From contig JANWJQ010000046.1 in NCBI GenBank assembly GCA_025451875.1, positions 13,218 to 77,217 of the forward strand: a DNA stretch of 64,000 nucleotides, in the 5' to 3' direction. A program made the position numbers and the translations under genes. Each line of letters starts with the position of its first letter. Position 1 is the stretch's first letter. The notes under the pieces are model-generated. The model was not told the DNA's origin, searched no databases, and worked only from the letters and a program-made list of their open reading frames with translations. Positions 9,841 to 18,729 of this stretch are shown here, piece after piece. Source of the DNA: Rhizomicrobium sp. GTDB lineage: Bacteria; Pseudomonadota; Alphaproteobacteria; Micropepsales; Micropepsaceae.

Positions 9841-10842
9841 ATGACCGTCAATCATCAATGGCTGATCGCAGGCCGTCCGACCGGGCGTCCACTGAAGGAT
9901 TCCGATTTCGAATGGGTCGAGAAGCCCATTCGCGCGCCGGAGTCGGGCGAAGTGCAGCTCAAGACGCTGTTTCTCGGCTTCGATCCTGCGCAGAAGGGCT
10001 GGATGGAGAATGTCGGCGGCTACGTCGCGCCGACGGAGATCGGCGAAGTGATGCGCGGCTCCGGCATCGCCGAAGTCGTCGCCTCCAATTCTTCCATGTT
10101 CAAGCCCGGCGACAAAGTGATGGGCCAGATCGGCTGGCAGGATCATCCCACGTTCGCGGCGAAGGACCTGCTCAAGGTGGAAGACAACGATCTTCTTTCC
10201 GGCAATCTCGGCGTGCTCGGCACCACCGGTATGACGGCGTTTTTCGGCCTCAACAAGATCGGCAAGCCTTTTGCCGGCGACACCATGGTCATCACCGGTG
10301 CGGCAGGTGCGACAGGGTCGGTCGTCGGACAGATCGGCAAGATCGCCGGCTGCAAGGTGATCGGCGTCGCGGGCGGGCCGGAAAAGTGCAAATGGCTGAT
10401 CGACGAACTCGGCTTCGATGCCTCCGTCGATTACAAGGCCGGCAGCGTGCGCAAACAGATCAGGGAGCTAGCGCCCGGCGGCATCGACGTGTTGTGGGAC
10501 AATGTCGGCGGCAAGATCTTCAACGATCTTCTGGGCGAGCTGGCGCTGCATGCGCGCGTTGTCGTCTGCGGTGGCATTTCGCGTTACGAGCTGGGGCAGA
10601 TGCCCGCGGGACCGGAGAACTATTTCAACCTTATTTTCAAGCGCGCCACGATGTCGGGTTTCATCGTGCTCGACTTCATGAGCGAATATCCTTGGGCGCG
10701 GGCGCGCGTGACGCAGTGGATTCGCGAAGGGCGCATCAAATACAAGGAAGATGTGCAGCACGGGCTCGAGAACGCGCCGCGCACCTTGATGCGCCTGTTC
10801 GGTGGCGAGAATTTCGGCAAGCAGCTTCTGAAAGTCGCCTAG
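9841..10842 (+). CDS. NADP-dependent oxidoreductase (MDR, prostaglandin reductase/CurA-like enone reductase)
   Basis: TGMTAFFGL, GAAGATGSVVGQI, DNVGG, G.NFGKQL. Confidence 0.88.
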   Translation: MTVNHQWLIAGRPTGRPLKDSDFEWVEKPIRAPESGEVQLKTLFLGFDPAQKGWMENVGGYVAPTEIGEVMRGSGIAEVVASNSSMFKPGDKVMGQIGWQDHPTFAAKDLLKVEDNDLLSGNLGVLGTTGMTAFFGLNKIGKPFAGDTMVITGAAGATGSVVGQIGKIAGCKVIGVAGGPEKCKWLIDELGFDASVDYKAGSVRKQIRELAPGGIDVLWDNVGGKIFNDLLGELALHARVVVCGGISRYELGQMPAGPENYFNLIFKRATMSGFIVLDFMSEYPWARARVTQWIREGRIKYKEDVQHGLENAPRTLMRLFGGENFGKQLLKVA

Positions 10843-11654
10843 TGCCTATCGTCCGCTACGGGGAAAAGCTCAACGTCCTCATCGCGGCGAAAGGTCATCC
10901 GTACCTGCGAGATCCATTCATGGCGATGTTCGATGAGATGGAGGGCGTAAGCGCCTCGCTCGTCGAACAACCCGCGGTGCAGAATCTGATGAACCCCGAA
11001 GCCGTCAAAGGCTTCGATGCGTTGGTGCTGTACGACATGCCCGGCATCGACTTCCGCGACGGGGCGCTCTTTGTCGAACCGTCCGAGGATTTCAAATGTG
11101 GTTTTCGCGCGTTGCTGGATTCCGGCTTCGGCATCGTAGCGCTGCATCACGCTATCGCAGGGTGGCCGGCGTGGGAGGAATATGCGGAGCTGTTAGGCGG
11201 CCGATTTCTCTATAAGCCGATGAATTTGCGCGGGCAGGCGCGGCCGGATTCCGGTTATCGGCACGATGTGCAGCACGAAATCTCCACCGTCGCGTCGCAT
11301 CCGGTGCTGGAAGGTATCCCGCCGCGCTTCTCGCTGACGGATGAACTTTATCTCTCAGAGGTATTCGAGGATTCCATGACGCCGCTGCTGCGCTCCGGCC
11401 ATGTCTTTGCGCGCGACAATTTCTATTCGGCGACGCTGGCGATCACGGGCACACTGTATTCCAACGAAGGCTGGCAGCATGACGACGGATCGAGCCTCGT
11501 CGGCTGGGTAAAGCGCGCGCGCCAATCGCCGCTGGTCTATCTGCAGCCCGGAGATGGCCCGCCGACCTATGCCGACGCGAACTACCGCCGTCTGATCGCC
11601 AACGCGATCCACTGGGTGGCCTCACCGGAAGCAAAGGCTTGGGCACGCGACTGA
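10842..11654 (+). CDS. ThuA-like (class I glutamine amidotransferase-like fold) protein
   Basis: GHP, LVLYDMPG, VALHHA, DELY, YLQPGD..Y..LIANAIHW; GTG start overlapping previous stop. Confidence 0.7.
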   Translation: MPIVRYGEKLNVLIAAKGHPYLRDPFMAMFDEMEGVSASLVEQPAVQNLMNPEAVKGFDALVLYDMPGIDFRDGALFVEPSEDFKCGFRALLDSGFGIVALHHAIAGWPAWEEYAELLGGRFLYKPMNLRGQARPDSGYRHDVQHEISTVASHPVLEGIPPRFSLTDELYLSEVFEDSMTPLLRSGHVFARDNFYSATLAITGTLYSNEGWQHDDGSSLVGWVKRARQSPLVYLQPGDGPPTYADANYRRLIANAIHWVASPEAKAWARD

Positions 11655-12584
11655 TCAGCCCGCGGGTGGGCGTTTGGCGCTGTCCGACCAATCCTGCCGA
11701 GCCGCCCAGTCGCGGAGGGCTTCCATCTTCACGGGTATGCGTTTCAGCACCGGCGCCATGTCCACCTCGAAAGGCCTGATCGGCGAGTCGTTGTTGAAGT
11801 GATAGAACTCCGCGATGCGCACTTCAGTGGGCGCGCGCATTGCGGCAGGGAATTCATCGCCGAAGGCTTTCACCAATTCGGTGCTGAAGGCTTCGGGCGT
11901 ACAGGGATCGTAGCGCACGGGACGACTGACCGCATCGCTCAGGATTTGCGCCACCTGCGGCGGCGTCAATCGTTCCGGACCGCCGATGACGATGCGTGCG
12001 CCTTCCAGGTCGGCGCGGTCCATCGCCGCGATCATGAATTTTGCCACATCGTCGAGGCTGATCCAGTTCGCGCCGAGATCAGGACGATGCGGATAGACGT
12101 AACGGCCTTCATGCACGATGAACGGCCGCGCCCAGTTGGTAAGCAGATTGTCCATGAACAGCACCGGGCGGAACACCGTCAGCGGCACGCCCGTTTCCGC
12201 GAAAGTGTTCTCCATCTTCACCGCGATGTCATAGGTAAACTGGCCGATAGGTTTTTCGGGAACATAGAGGCTGGTGTTGAACACCAGCCGTTTGACGCCC
12301 GCCTTCTGCGCCGCGCAGCCGAGAGCGGTGATCCGCGCGATCGGATCGCGTGCCTGGATCAGCGGGCGGGTGAAGAACACCACATCCGCGCCGGCAACCG
12401 CGCGAGCGAGCGAATCCGCGTCGTCCAGATCGGCGGCCATGACTTCTGTGTTGTCGAACCGCTCACCGAGGAACGGATCGCTGCGCCGGGAAATCGCGCG
12501 CACGCGATGGCCCGCTTTCGTCAGTTGCCGAACCTGCGCCAAACCTTGCCGCCCACTCGCGCCGAAAACCGTGACGAAGCTCAT
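11655..12584 (-). CDS. NmrA-like NAD(P)-binding protein
   Basis: GASGRQG, RPVLFMDN, ISLDDVA, GPERLT. Confidence 0.82.
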   Translation of the reverse strand: MSFVTVFGASGRQGLAQVRQLTKAGHRVRAISRRSDPFLGERFDNTEVMAADLDDADSLARAVAGADVVFFTRPLIQARDPIARITALGCAAQKAGVKRLVFNTSLYVPEKPIGQFTYDIAVKMENTFAETGVPLTVFRPVLFMDNLLTNWARPFIVHEGRYVYPHRPDLGANWISLDDVAKFMIAAMDRADLEGARIVIGGPERLTPPQVAQILSDAVSRPVRYDPCTPEAFSTELVKAFGDEFPAAMRAPTEVRIAEFYHFNNDSPIRPFEVDMAPVLKRIPVKMEALRDWAARQDWSDSAKRPPAG

Positions 12585-12598
12585 GCTGTTCTCCTTAA

Positions 12599-14176
12599 TC
12601 AGTTGACCCGGCGTTCCTTGCCCGCCCAATAGGGCTCGCGCAGTTCACGGCGCAGGATCTTGCCGCTGGGATTGCGGGGCAGGGCTTCGACGAAATCGAC
12701 GGATTTCGGCGTCTTGAACCCGGCGATGCGTTCGCGGGCGTACGCGATGATGTCGTCGGGCTTCGGTTCGCGGCCCGGCTTCTTCACCACCACCGCTTTC
12801 ACCGCTTCGCCCCATTTTTCGTCCGGTACGCCGATCACGGCGACATCGGCGACGTCGGGGTGGCCGTAAATCGCGCTTTCCACTTCGGCGGGGTAGACGT
12901 TCTCGCCGCCGGAGATGATCATGTCCTTCACGCGATCGTGGATATAAACGTAACCGTCTTCGTCGACATATCCCGCATCGCCGGTGCGCAGCCAACCATC
13001 CTTGTCGATGGTTTTCGCCGTCGCATCCGCCATGTTCCAGTAACCGGCCATGTTGGCGATGGAGCGTGTCGCAATCTCGCCCACCGCGCGGGGCGGCAGC
13101 GGGTTTCCCGCGTCATCGAGGATCGCGATCTCGACTCCCGGCAGGGGCTTGCCAGCGGAGCGCATGCGCGCATTACCCTTGGGGTCGTGATCTTCCGGCG
13201 GCAGGGCGACGATGGTGCCCGTCGTCTCCGTCATGCCGTACATCTGCACGAAGCCGCAGCCGAACACCTCAATGCATTCACGTAACAGGTCGAGCGGAAT
13301 CGGCGACGCGCCGTAAAGGATGTATTTCATCCGCGAATAGTCGACGTCGCGTGCGCGCGGATTGCGCACCACGATCTGCATGGCGGCTGGCACCATGAAG
13401 ATCTTGCTGATCTTGTCCTTCTCGATGAAGTCCAGAACTTTGCCCGGATCGAATTCGCGCGCCACCACTCCCTTCGCGCCGTTCACGATGCCGGTGATGC
13501 CCCAGCCGGTGCCGCCGATGTGAAATACCGGCATGGCGACAAGGCTCACATCGTCCGCGGACCACTTGTTCCACTCGGCCTGCGTTTCCGGATTCAGACG
13601 ACGCATGCCGAGGATTCCGGAATGGCGGATCATCGCGCCTTTGGGCCGTCCGGTGGTGCCGGAGGTGTAGAGCTGCACAACCACGTCGTTCCAGTCGATC
13701 GCGACTCTGGGTTCCTCGTCGTTCTGCGCGTCGCGCCACGCTTCATAGCTTGGCCAATCCGCTCCACCGCCTTCCATCGCGACGATGTGGCGAACGGTGG
13801 ATAGCTCGGGTGCGATCTTCCGTGCGAGCTCGATGAACTCCGGTCCTACGAGGAGGACTTCTGCGCGGCAGTCGTTCACGATGTAGACGATTTCGGGGGG
13901 CGCCAGCCGCCAATTCACCGGCGCCATCACCGTTCCGGCCTTGGCCGCACCGAACAGCGCCTCGTAGTAGTGATCGCTGTTCTTACCGAGGTAGCAGACA
14001 CGCGTATTCTTTTTCAGACCCCCGGCGAGGAGGGCGTTCGCCACCTTGTTCGCGTTGGCGTTGAACTGCGCGAAGCTGGTGGAGCGGCTCTCGAACTGGA
14101 AGGCGACAGCATCACCCCGGGCCGCAGCTTGGATGCGCGCGACGTCGCCCAGGGATGTGGCCTCTTTCGCGTCCAT
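12599..14176 (-). CDS. Long-chain fatty-acid/acyl-CoA ligase
   Basis: YTSGTTGRPKG, YGMTE, TGD, RVKDMIISGGEN, PRNPSGK. Confidence 0.92.
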   Translation of the reverse strand: MDAKEATSLGDVARIQAAARGDAVAFQFESRSTSFAQFNANANKVANALLAGGLKKNTRVCYLGKNSDHYYEALFGAAKAGTVMAPVNWRLAPPEIVYIVNDCRAEVLLVGPEFIELARKIAPELSTVRHIVAMEGGGADWPSYEAWRDAQNDEEPRVAIDWNDVVVQLYTSGTTGRPKGAMIRHSGILGMRRLNPETQAEWNKWSADDVSLVAMPVFHIGGTGWGITGIVNGAKGVVAREFDPGKVLDFIEKDKISKIFMVPAAMQIVVRNPRARDVDYSRMKYILYGASPIPLDLLRECIEVFGCGFVQMYGMTETTGTIVALPPEDHDPKGNARMRSAGKPLPGVEIAILDDAGNPLPPRAVGEIATRSIANMAGYWNMADATAKTIDKDGWLRTGDAGYVDEDGYVYIHDRVKDMIISGGENVYPAEVESAIYGHPDVADVAVIGVPDEKWGEAVKAVVVKKPGREPKPDDIIAYARERIAGFKTPKSVDFVEALPRNPSGKILRRELREPYWAGKERRVN

Positions 14177-14238
14177 AACGTCCTCCCCTTGCTCGGCTCT
14201 CGGCGGCCGGCTACAGAAACAATCTAATCATCCGGTAT

Positions 14239-14254
14239 AAGTCAGTAGTGACTT
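14239..14254. promoter_or_regulatory. Palindromic operator in divergent promoter
   Basis: AAGTCA-GTAG-TGACTT perfect inverted repeat in AT-rich intergenic region. Confidence 0.55.
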
Positions 14255-14312
14255 TTTTGTAGACGCTGATAGGGTGTAAAATCAACAAAATATGCCGCTT
14301 GGGGAGTTTGCC

Positions 14313-14717
14313 GTGACCGACCCGATCGCCCCGAACCTGATCGACCCCGCCGGGCATCAACTCATCGGCGGCCGCCACAAGCAGAGCGACCGCATCGTTT
14401 TTCCCTTTCCATCCGGTCCGGAAGCCGCCGAATACGAGAAGCTGCCCTTGGCCGGCGAAGGCACACTCTGGTCGTTTACGGTGCAGCGCTTCCGCCCGAA
14501 ATCGCCGCCCTATGCGGGGGCAGATGACGAGCGCAGTTTCAAGCCGTTCGCTCTTGGCTATGTCGAACTGCCGGGACAGATCATCGTCGAGACGCGCATA
14601 AAGATCGACGATTTTGCACGTTTGAAGATCGGCATGAGGATGGAGCTTGCAGCCATTCCGTTCGCCCGCGCGACGGGTGATGCGCCGCTGACTTACGCCT
14701 TCCGTCCAGCCGCCTGA
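14313..14717 (+). CDS. DUF35/OB-fold acyl-CoA-binding protein (thiolase partner)
   Basis: GTLWSFTVQ, PFALGYVEL, LKIGMRMEL, YAFRP; directly upstream of thiolase; GTG start after GGGAG. Confidence 0.82.
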   Translation: MTDPIAPNLIDPAGHQLIGGRHKQSDRIVFPFPSGPEAAEYEKLPLAGEGTLWSFTVQRFRPKSPPYAGADDERSFKPFALGYVELPGQIIVETRIKIDDFARLKIGMRMELAAIPFARATGDAPLTYAFRPAA

Positions 14718-14727
14718 GGAGAAAACC

Positions 14728-15870
14728 ATGAGCGACGTCCACATCATCGGTGCCGGCATTCACCCTTTCGGCCGTCATGACGACAAGAGCGGCCTCGATC
14801 AGGGCGTGATCGCCGTGCGCGAGGCGCTGGCGGATGCGGGAATCGAATGGAAGGACATTCATTTCGCGTTCGGCGGCTCCTCGGCCGCGGGCAATGCCGA
14901 TGCGATGTTGCCGCGCCTGGGGTTGACGGGCGTCCAGTTCATCAACGTTGCGAACGGTTGCGCGACCGGGGGATCGGCGCTGCTTTCCGGCTATTGGGCC
15001 ATCAAGTCGGGCGAATTCGATCTCGGCGTCGTGCTTGGTTTCGACAAGCATCCGCGTGGCGCCTTCAACCCGGACCCCGAAGCCTGGGGCCTGCCCAAAT
15101 GGTACGGCGAGACCGGCATGATGCTGACCACGCAATTCTTTGCCATGAAGATTCAGCGTTACATGGCGCTTCACGGCATCACGCCGATGACCTTGGCACG
15201 CGTGGCGGAGAAGGCATTCGAGAACGGCGTGAAAGCTCCGCACAGCTGGCGCAAGCAGCCGGTCGACGCCGAGACGATTCTGAATTCACAGATGGTCAGC
15301 GATCCGCTGACCAAATTCATGTTCTGCTCGCCCGCGGAAGGCGGCGCTGCGCTCATTCTCGCCTCGGACAAGAAAATGCGAGAGCTGGGCCTTGCGGGTC
15401 CCCGCATTCGCGGCGCGGCCGTGCGCACGCGTGTGAACGGATCGTTCGAAGTATTTTCTCCGTCACTGGAAGTGAAGCGCGGTCCATCACCCACCGAGAT
15501 TGCATCCAAGGTTGCCTATGAAATGGCCGGCGTCGGCCCGCAAGACATCGACGTCGCACAGATTCAAGATACGGAGTCCGGTGCCGAAATCATGCACATG
15601 GCGGAAAACGGCCTGTGCAAGGACGGCGAACAGGAGAAGCTCATCGCGGATGGAGCGACGCGCGTTGGCGGAAAGCTTCCCATCAACACCGATGGTGGAT
15701 GCCTCGCCTGTGGCGAGCCCATCGGTGCGTCGGGCTTGCGACAGGTCTACGAAAACGTGCAGCAGCTACGCGGCCGCGGCGGTGCGCGCCAAGTGGAGAA
15801 CCCAAAGGTCGCCTATAGCCAGGTCTACGGCGCGCCGGGCCTTTCCGCCGTGGCCATTCTAGGAGCGTAA
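14728..15870 (+). CDS. SCP-x/lipid-transfer-type thiolase family protein
   Basis: GAGIHPFG, NGCATG, CSPAEGGAA, PINTDGG, GEPIGASG. Confidence 0.88.
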   Translation: MSDVHIIGAGIHPFGRHDDKSGLDQGVIAVREALADAGIEWKDIHFAFGGSSAAGNADAMLPRLGLTGVQFINVANGCATGGSALLSGYWAIKSGEFDLGVVLGFDKHPRGAFNPDPEAWGLPKWYGETGMMLTTQFFAMKIQRYMALHGITPMTLARVAEKAFENGVKAPHSWRKQPVDAETILNSQMVSDPLTKFMFCSPAEGGAALILASDKKMRELGLAGPRIRGAAVRTRVNGSFEVFSPSLEVKRGPSPTEIASKVAYEMAGVGPQDIDVAQIQDTESGAEIMHMAENGLCKDGEQEKLIADGATRVGGKLPINTDGGCLACGEPIGASGLRQVYENVQQLRGRGGARQVENPKVAYSQVYGAPGLSAVAILGA

Positions 15871-16443
15871 GGCTACGGACCAGTTCCTGCTCCGGTCCGG
15901 CAATGAAGGCGGGACGGCGAATGGAGACCGGACGGAAGAGTCGGCGCTCGAAACTGATGTGGGTTTAGTCTCGAGAACGGCTTTCATCGATGACGATCTG
16001 ACGTGCCTCTACCGATTTCAAAAACGCTATCTTGCCATTGTCGAACAGTGCATCGGAGATTGGTAAACCGAAGTCCGCGCGGCCGCCAACCGGTGTTGGT
16101 ACAGTGAGTTAGATGGCACAGTGGTTTCTACCGGGTCTACCGGCCCGTTCTGCGCGCATCCTTACGCAACCGGCCTTTAATCAACTCGAGTCAGGAAAAT
16201 ACTTTTTTGCCGACGGCATGGATGGGATCACTAGGGACTTCGCTCATGGGGCGTCAATCATCTCAACCTTACGCCGCTCGGGAGTGCTAGATTAAAAGAC
16301 GTGAATTCTTCCTGGAACGAGAGGAGCTTGATCGAGTTAGGTGGGACTTCGGGTGGGAAAGTGCTGCTGAATCGTTCGCGTTCTGGCCCTATCCGCGATA
16401 GCTAGAGCCAGGAAAATCAACAGATTAGAAGCCAAGCCAGATT

Positions 16444-16488
16444 TTGTGGATCCGGAGGTCGGTGGTTCGAGCCCACCCAACTGTACCA
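16444..16488 (+). mobile_element. Displaced 3' half of tRNA-His(GTG): probable attR of an integrated island lying to the left
   Basis: TTGTGGA anticodon loop, TCCGG, AGGTC, T-arm GGTGG-TTCGAGC-CCACC, acceptor strand CAACTGT-A-CCA; no D-arm or 5' acceptor strand upstream. Confidence 0.75.
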
Positions 16489-16721
16489 TTCGTCTTCCTC
16501 CCATTCCCTGTTGCGTCCGGCAGCTGCCCGCGTCCCATGACACGCAACCGGATAAGGACGGCAGCGGCATCGCCGGGGCTTACGAAGCCGAGTTCCGTGC
16601 ACACTCCGCGCATGGTCGCCAGCGACAGCTCGCCACGCGCACCGCAACAAAGGATGAGCACGCCATACACCCGGCGAATCTCCTAGAGGGTGCCCGAGAT
16701 CTGCGGGTTGCCGGCGGTCGT

Positions 16722-17081
16722 TCAGGCAGACGTCGGTGCCAGCGTTTCAAGCGTGGCTTCCGGATAATCGGAATAATAGATTTTGGGGCTGCCGTGCAGC
16801 CGAAAATGCGCCAGGCGCGTGTCGCCGCCTGGCTCTCCGTCGCCAGGTGCGCGGGGCGGATCGGCGGCGAAGCGTGGCACCTTCACCGAGAAGCGAAAAT
16901 CCGCAGACACTGCAGTTGCCCAGCGTTCGTAGGTCGCGCGTTTGTGCGGCCGATAAAATGAGGAATTGATCTCTACGCCATTCAAGCGCGCTGCGTAACG
17001 CCGCAGATGGCTGCCATCGGTTGGGAATTGCGCTCTATATGGAGCCAGAATCGTCCAGCCGGTTGTTCCAACGATACTCAC
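16722..17081 (-). pseudogene. DUF72 (YecE-like) pseudogene with internal deletion and truncated C-terminus
   Basis: VGTTGW, VEINSSFYRP, FRFSVKVP joined directly to AADP..FRLHGSP..YYSDY; central LLVQLPP/EPRH region and final FDN motif missing. Confidence 0.75.
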
Positions 17082-17106
17082 CGCCGAAGATCTCTGAACG
17101 GATCCA

Positions 17107-18729
17107 TCAGAGTCCCTTCACGATCTGCGCAGCCTCCTTTTGAAGCTTGGACAGATGAGCTTCATCGACAAAGCTTTCCGCATAAACCTTGTAGATGTCT
17201 TCGGTGCCGGAGGGACGCATGGCGATCCAGCCCTTTTCGGTTGAAAGCTTGAGGCCGCCGATCTTTGCGCCATTGCCGCTCGCGGTGGTTTCCTTTCGGG
17301 TGATGGGATCGCCTGCCAAAGAGTCCTGCTTGATGCTTTCCGTCGTGATCGCGGCGATCTTATCGCGCAGCGGTTTGTCCGCTGGGCTGTCGATGCGCGC
17401 ATAGTAGGTGCGGCCTGCGGCCTGCGTAATGTCAGCGAATTGCTGGCTCGGCGTTTTGCCGTCACGCGCTGTCATTTCCGCGGCGAGCAAGCCGGCGATG
17501 AGGCCATCCTTGTCGGTCGTCCACACTTTGCAGTTGCGCCGAAGATAAGAACTGCCGGCGCTTTCTTCACCGCAGAAGAATATCTGCCCGTCGGTGAGGC
17601 CATCGACGAACCATTTGAAGCCGACCGGCACTTCCATGATGCTGGTGCCCAGCCCGGCGGCGACGCGATCGACAATCGACGAACTAACGATGGTCTTGCC
17701 GATCTTTCGGACGGCAAACCCGTCGCGGTGCTTGCCCAGATAATGCGCGCTCGTTGCCAGATAGGAATTGGGCTCCATCAGGCCATTGGCGTCGACGATA
17801 CCGTGCCGGTCCGCATCGGTGTCGTTCGCGAAAGCGATGTCGAAACGATCTTTGATCGCAATAAGCCGCTGCATCGGATATTTCGACGAACAATCCATGC
17901 GGATCTTGCCATCCCAGTCGCGTGGAATGGTGCGGAAGGTCGGATCGACCGTGTCGTCCGTTACCGTGAGGTTGAGTTTGAAGCGGTCGGCGATGGGCGC
18001 CCAAAAATGAACGGCCGCGCCGCCGAGCGGATCGACGCCGATGCGTAGCCCGGCGGAACGAACCACATCCAGATCGACGATGTCGTTCAATTGTTCAATG
18101 TACTTGTTGAGAAAATCGTAGCGCGCAATGCCGGGCGCCGATAGCGGCTTTGACTGGCGGCGTACATCCTTCAAACCCTCCTGCAAAAGCTTGTTCGCAA
18201 GGGCTTCGATCCAGGAGGTAATTTCCGTTCCTGCCGGGCCGCCATGCGGCGGGTTATATTTGATGCCGCCATCTTCCGGAGGATTGTGGGATGGCGTGAT
18301 GATGATCCCGTCGGCGAGCCCATCGGTGCGGCCGATGTTGTGATCAATGACGGCGCGCGACACGACCGGCGTCGGCGTGACACCATTTTTGTCATCGATC
18401 ATCGTCGCCACGCCGTTGGCGGCGAGAACTTCCAATGCCACCTGGAACGCCGGTTCGGAAACCGCGTGGGTGTCGCGCCCGATGAAAAGCGGGCCGTCTA
18501 TGCCGTGTGTCTTCCTGTATGCGCACACGGCCTGTGCGATGGCCACGATGTGATTTTCGTTGAAAGTCGTGTCGAAGGCACACCCTCGATGTCCTGATGT
18601 GCCAAAGGACACGCGCTGCGCAGCAACTGAAACATCAGGCTTCTTGTTGAAGAACGCCTCAGTGAGTTTGCCGACATCGAGAACTTCCGAAGGCCCGACA
18701 AGCGTGCCCGCGTGAGGATTAATGGACAT
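17107..18729 (-). CDS. pgm: Phosphoglucomutase (alpha-D-glucose-phosphate specific)
   Basis: FGTSGHRG, TPSHNP phosphoserine motif, DTDADR metal loop, GEESAG, RPSGTE. Confidence 0.95.
   Translation of the reverse strand: MSINPHAGTLVGPSEVLDVGKLTEAFFNKKPDVSVAAQRVSFGTSGHRGCAFDTTFNENHIVAIAQAVCAYRKTHGIDGPLFIGRDTHAVSEPAFQVALEVLAANGVATMIDDKNGVTPTPVVSRAVIDHNIGRTDGLADGIIITPSHNPPEDGGIKYNPPHGGPAGTEITSWIEALANKLLQEGLKDVRRQSKPLSAPGIARYDFLNKYIEQLNDIVDLDVVRSAGLRIGVDPLGGAAVHFWAPIADRFKLNLTVTDDTVDPTFRTIPRDWDGKIRMDCSSKYPMQRLIAIKDRFDIAFANDTDADRHGIVDANGLMEPNSYLATSAHYLGKHRDGFAVRKIGKTIVSSSIVDRVAAGLGTSIMEVPVGFKWFVDGLTDGQIFFCGEESAGSSYLRRNCKVWTTDKDGLIAGLLAAEMTARDGKTPSQQFADITQAAGRTYYARIDSPADKPLRDKIAAITTESIKQDSLAGDPITRKETTASGNGAKIGGLKLSTEKGWIAMRPSGTEDIYKVYAESFVDEAHLSKLQKEAAQIVKGL

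Noticed and set aside
9789-11654. 621-aa ORF and other N-terminally extended ORFs (8079, 46229, 51535, 46668, 57134) as fusions or frameshift products
   Set aside because: The extensions overlap neighbouring genes out of frame; internal starts with RBS or stop-start coupling explain them.
16095-16488. Split or intron-containing tRNA-His using GTACAGT at about 16099 as the 5' half
   Set aside because: The 5' acceptor strand should read ACAGTTG followed by a D-arm; the sequence reads ACAGTGA with no D-arm or anticodon 5' strand. An att remnant is the simpler explanation.
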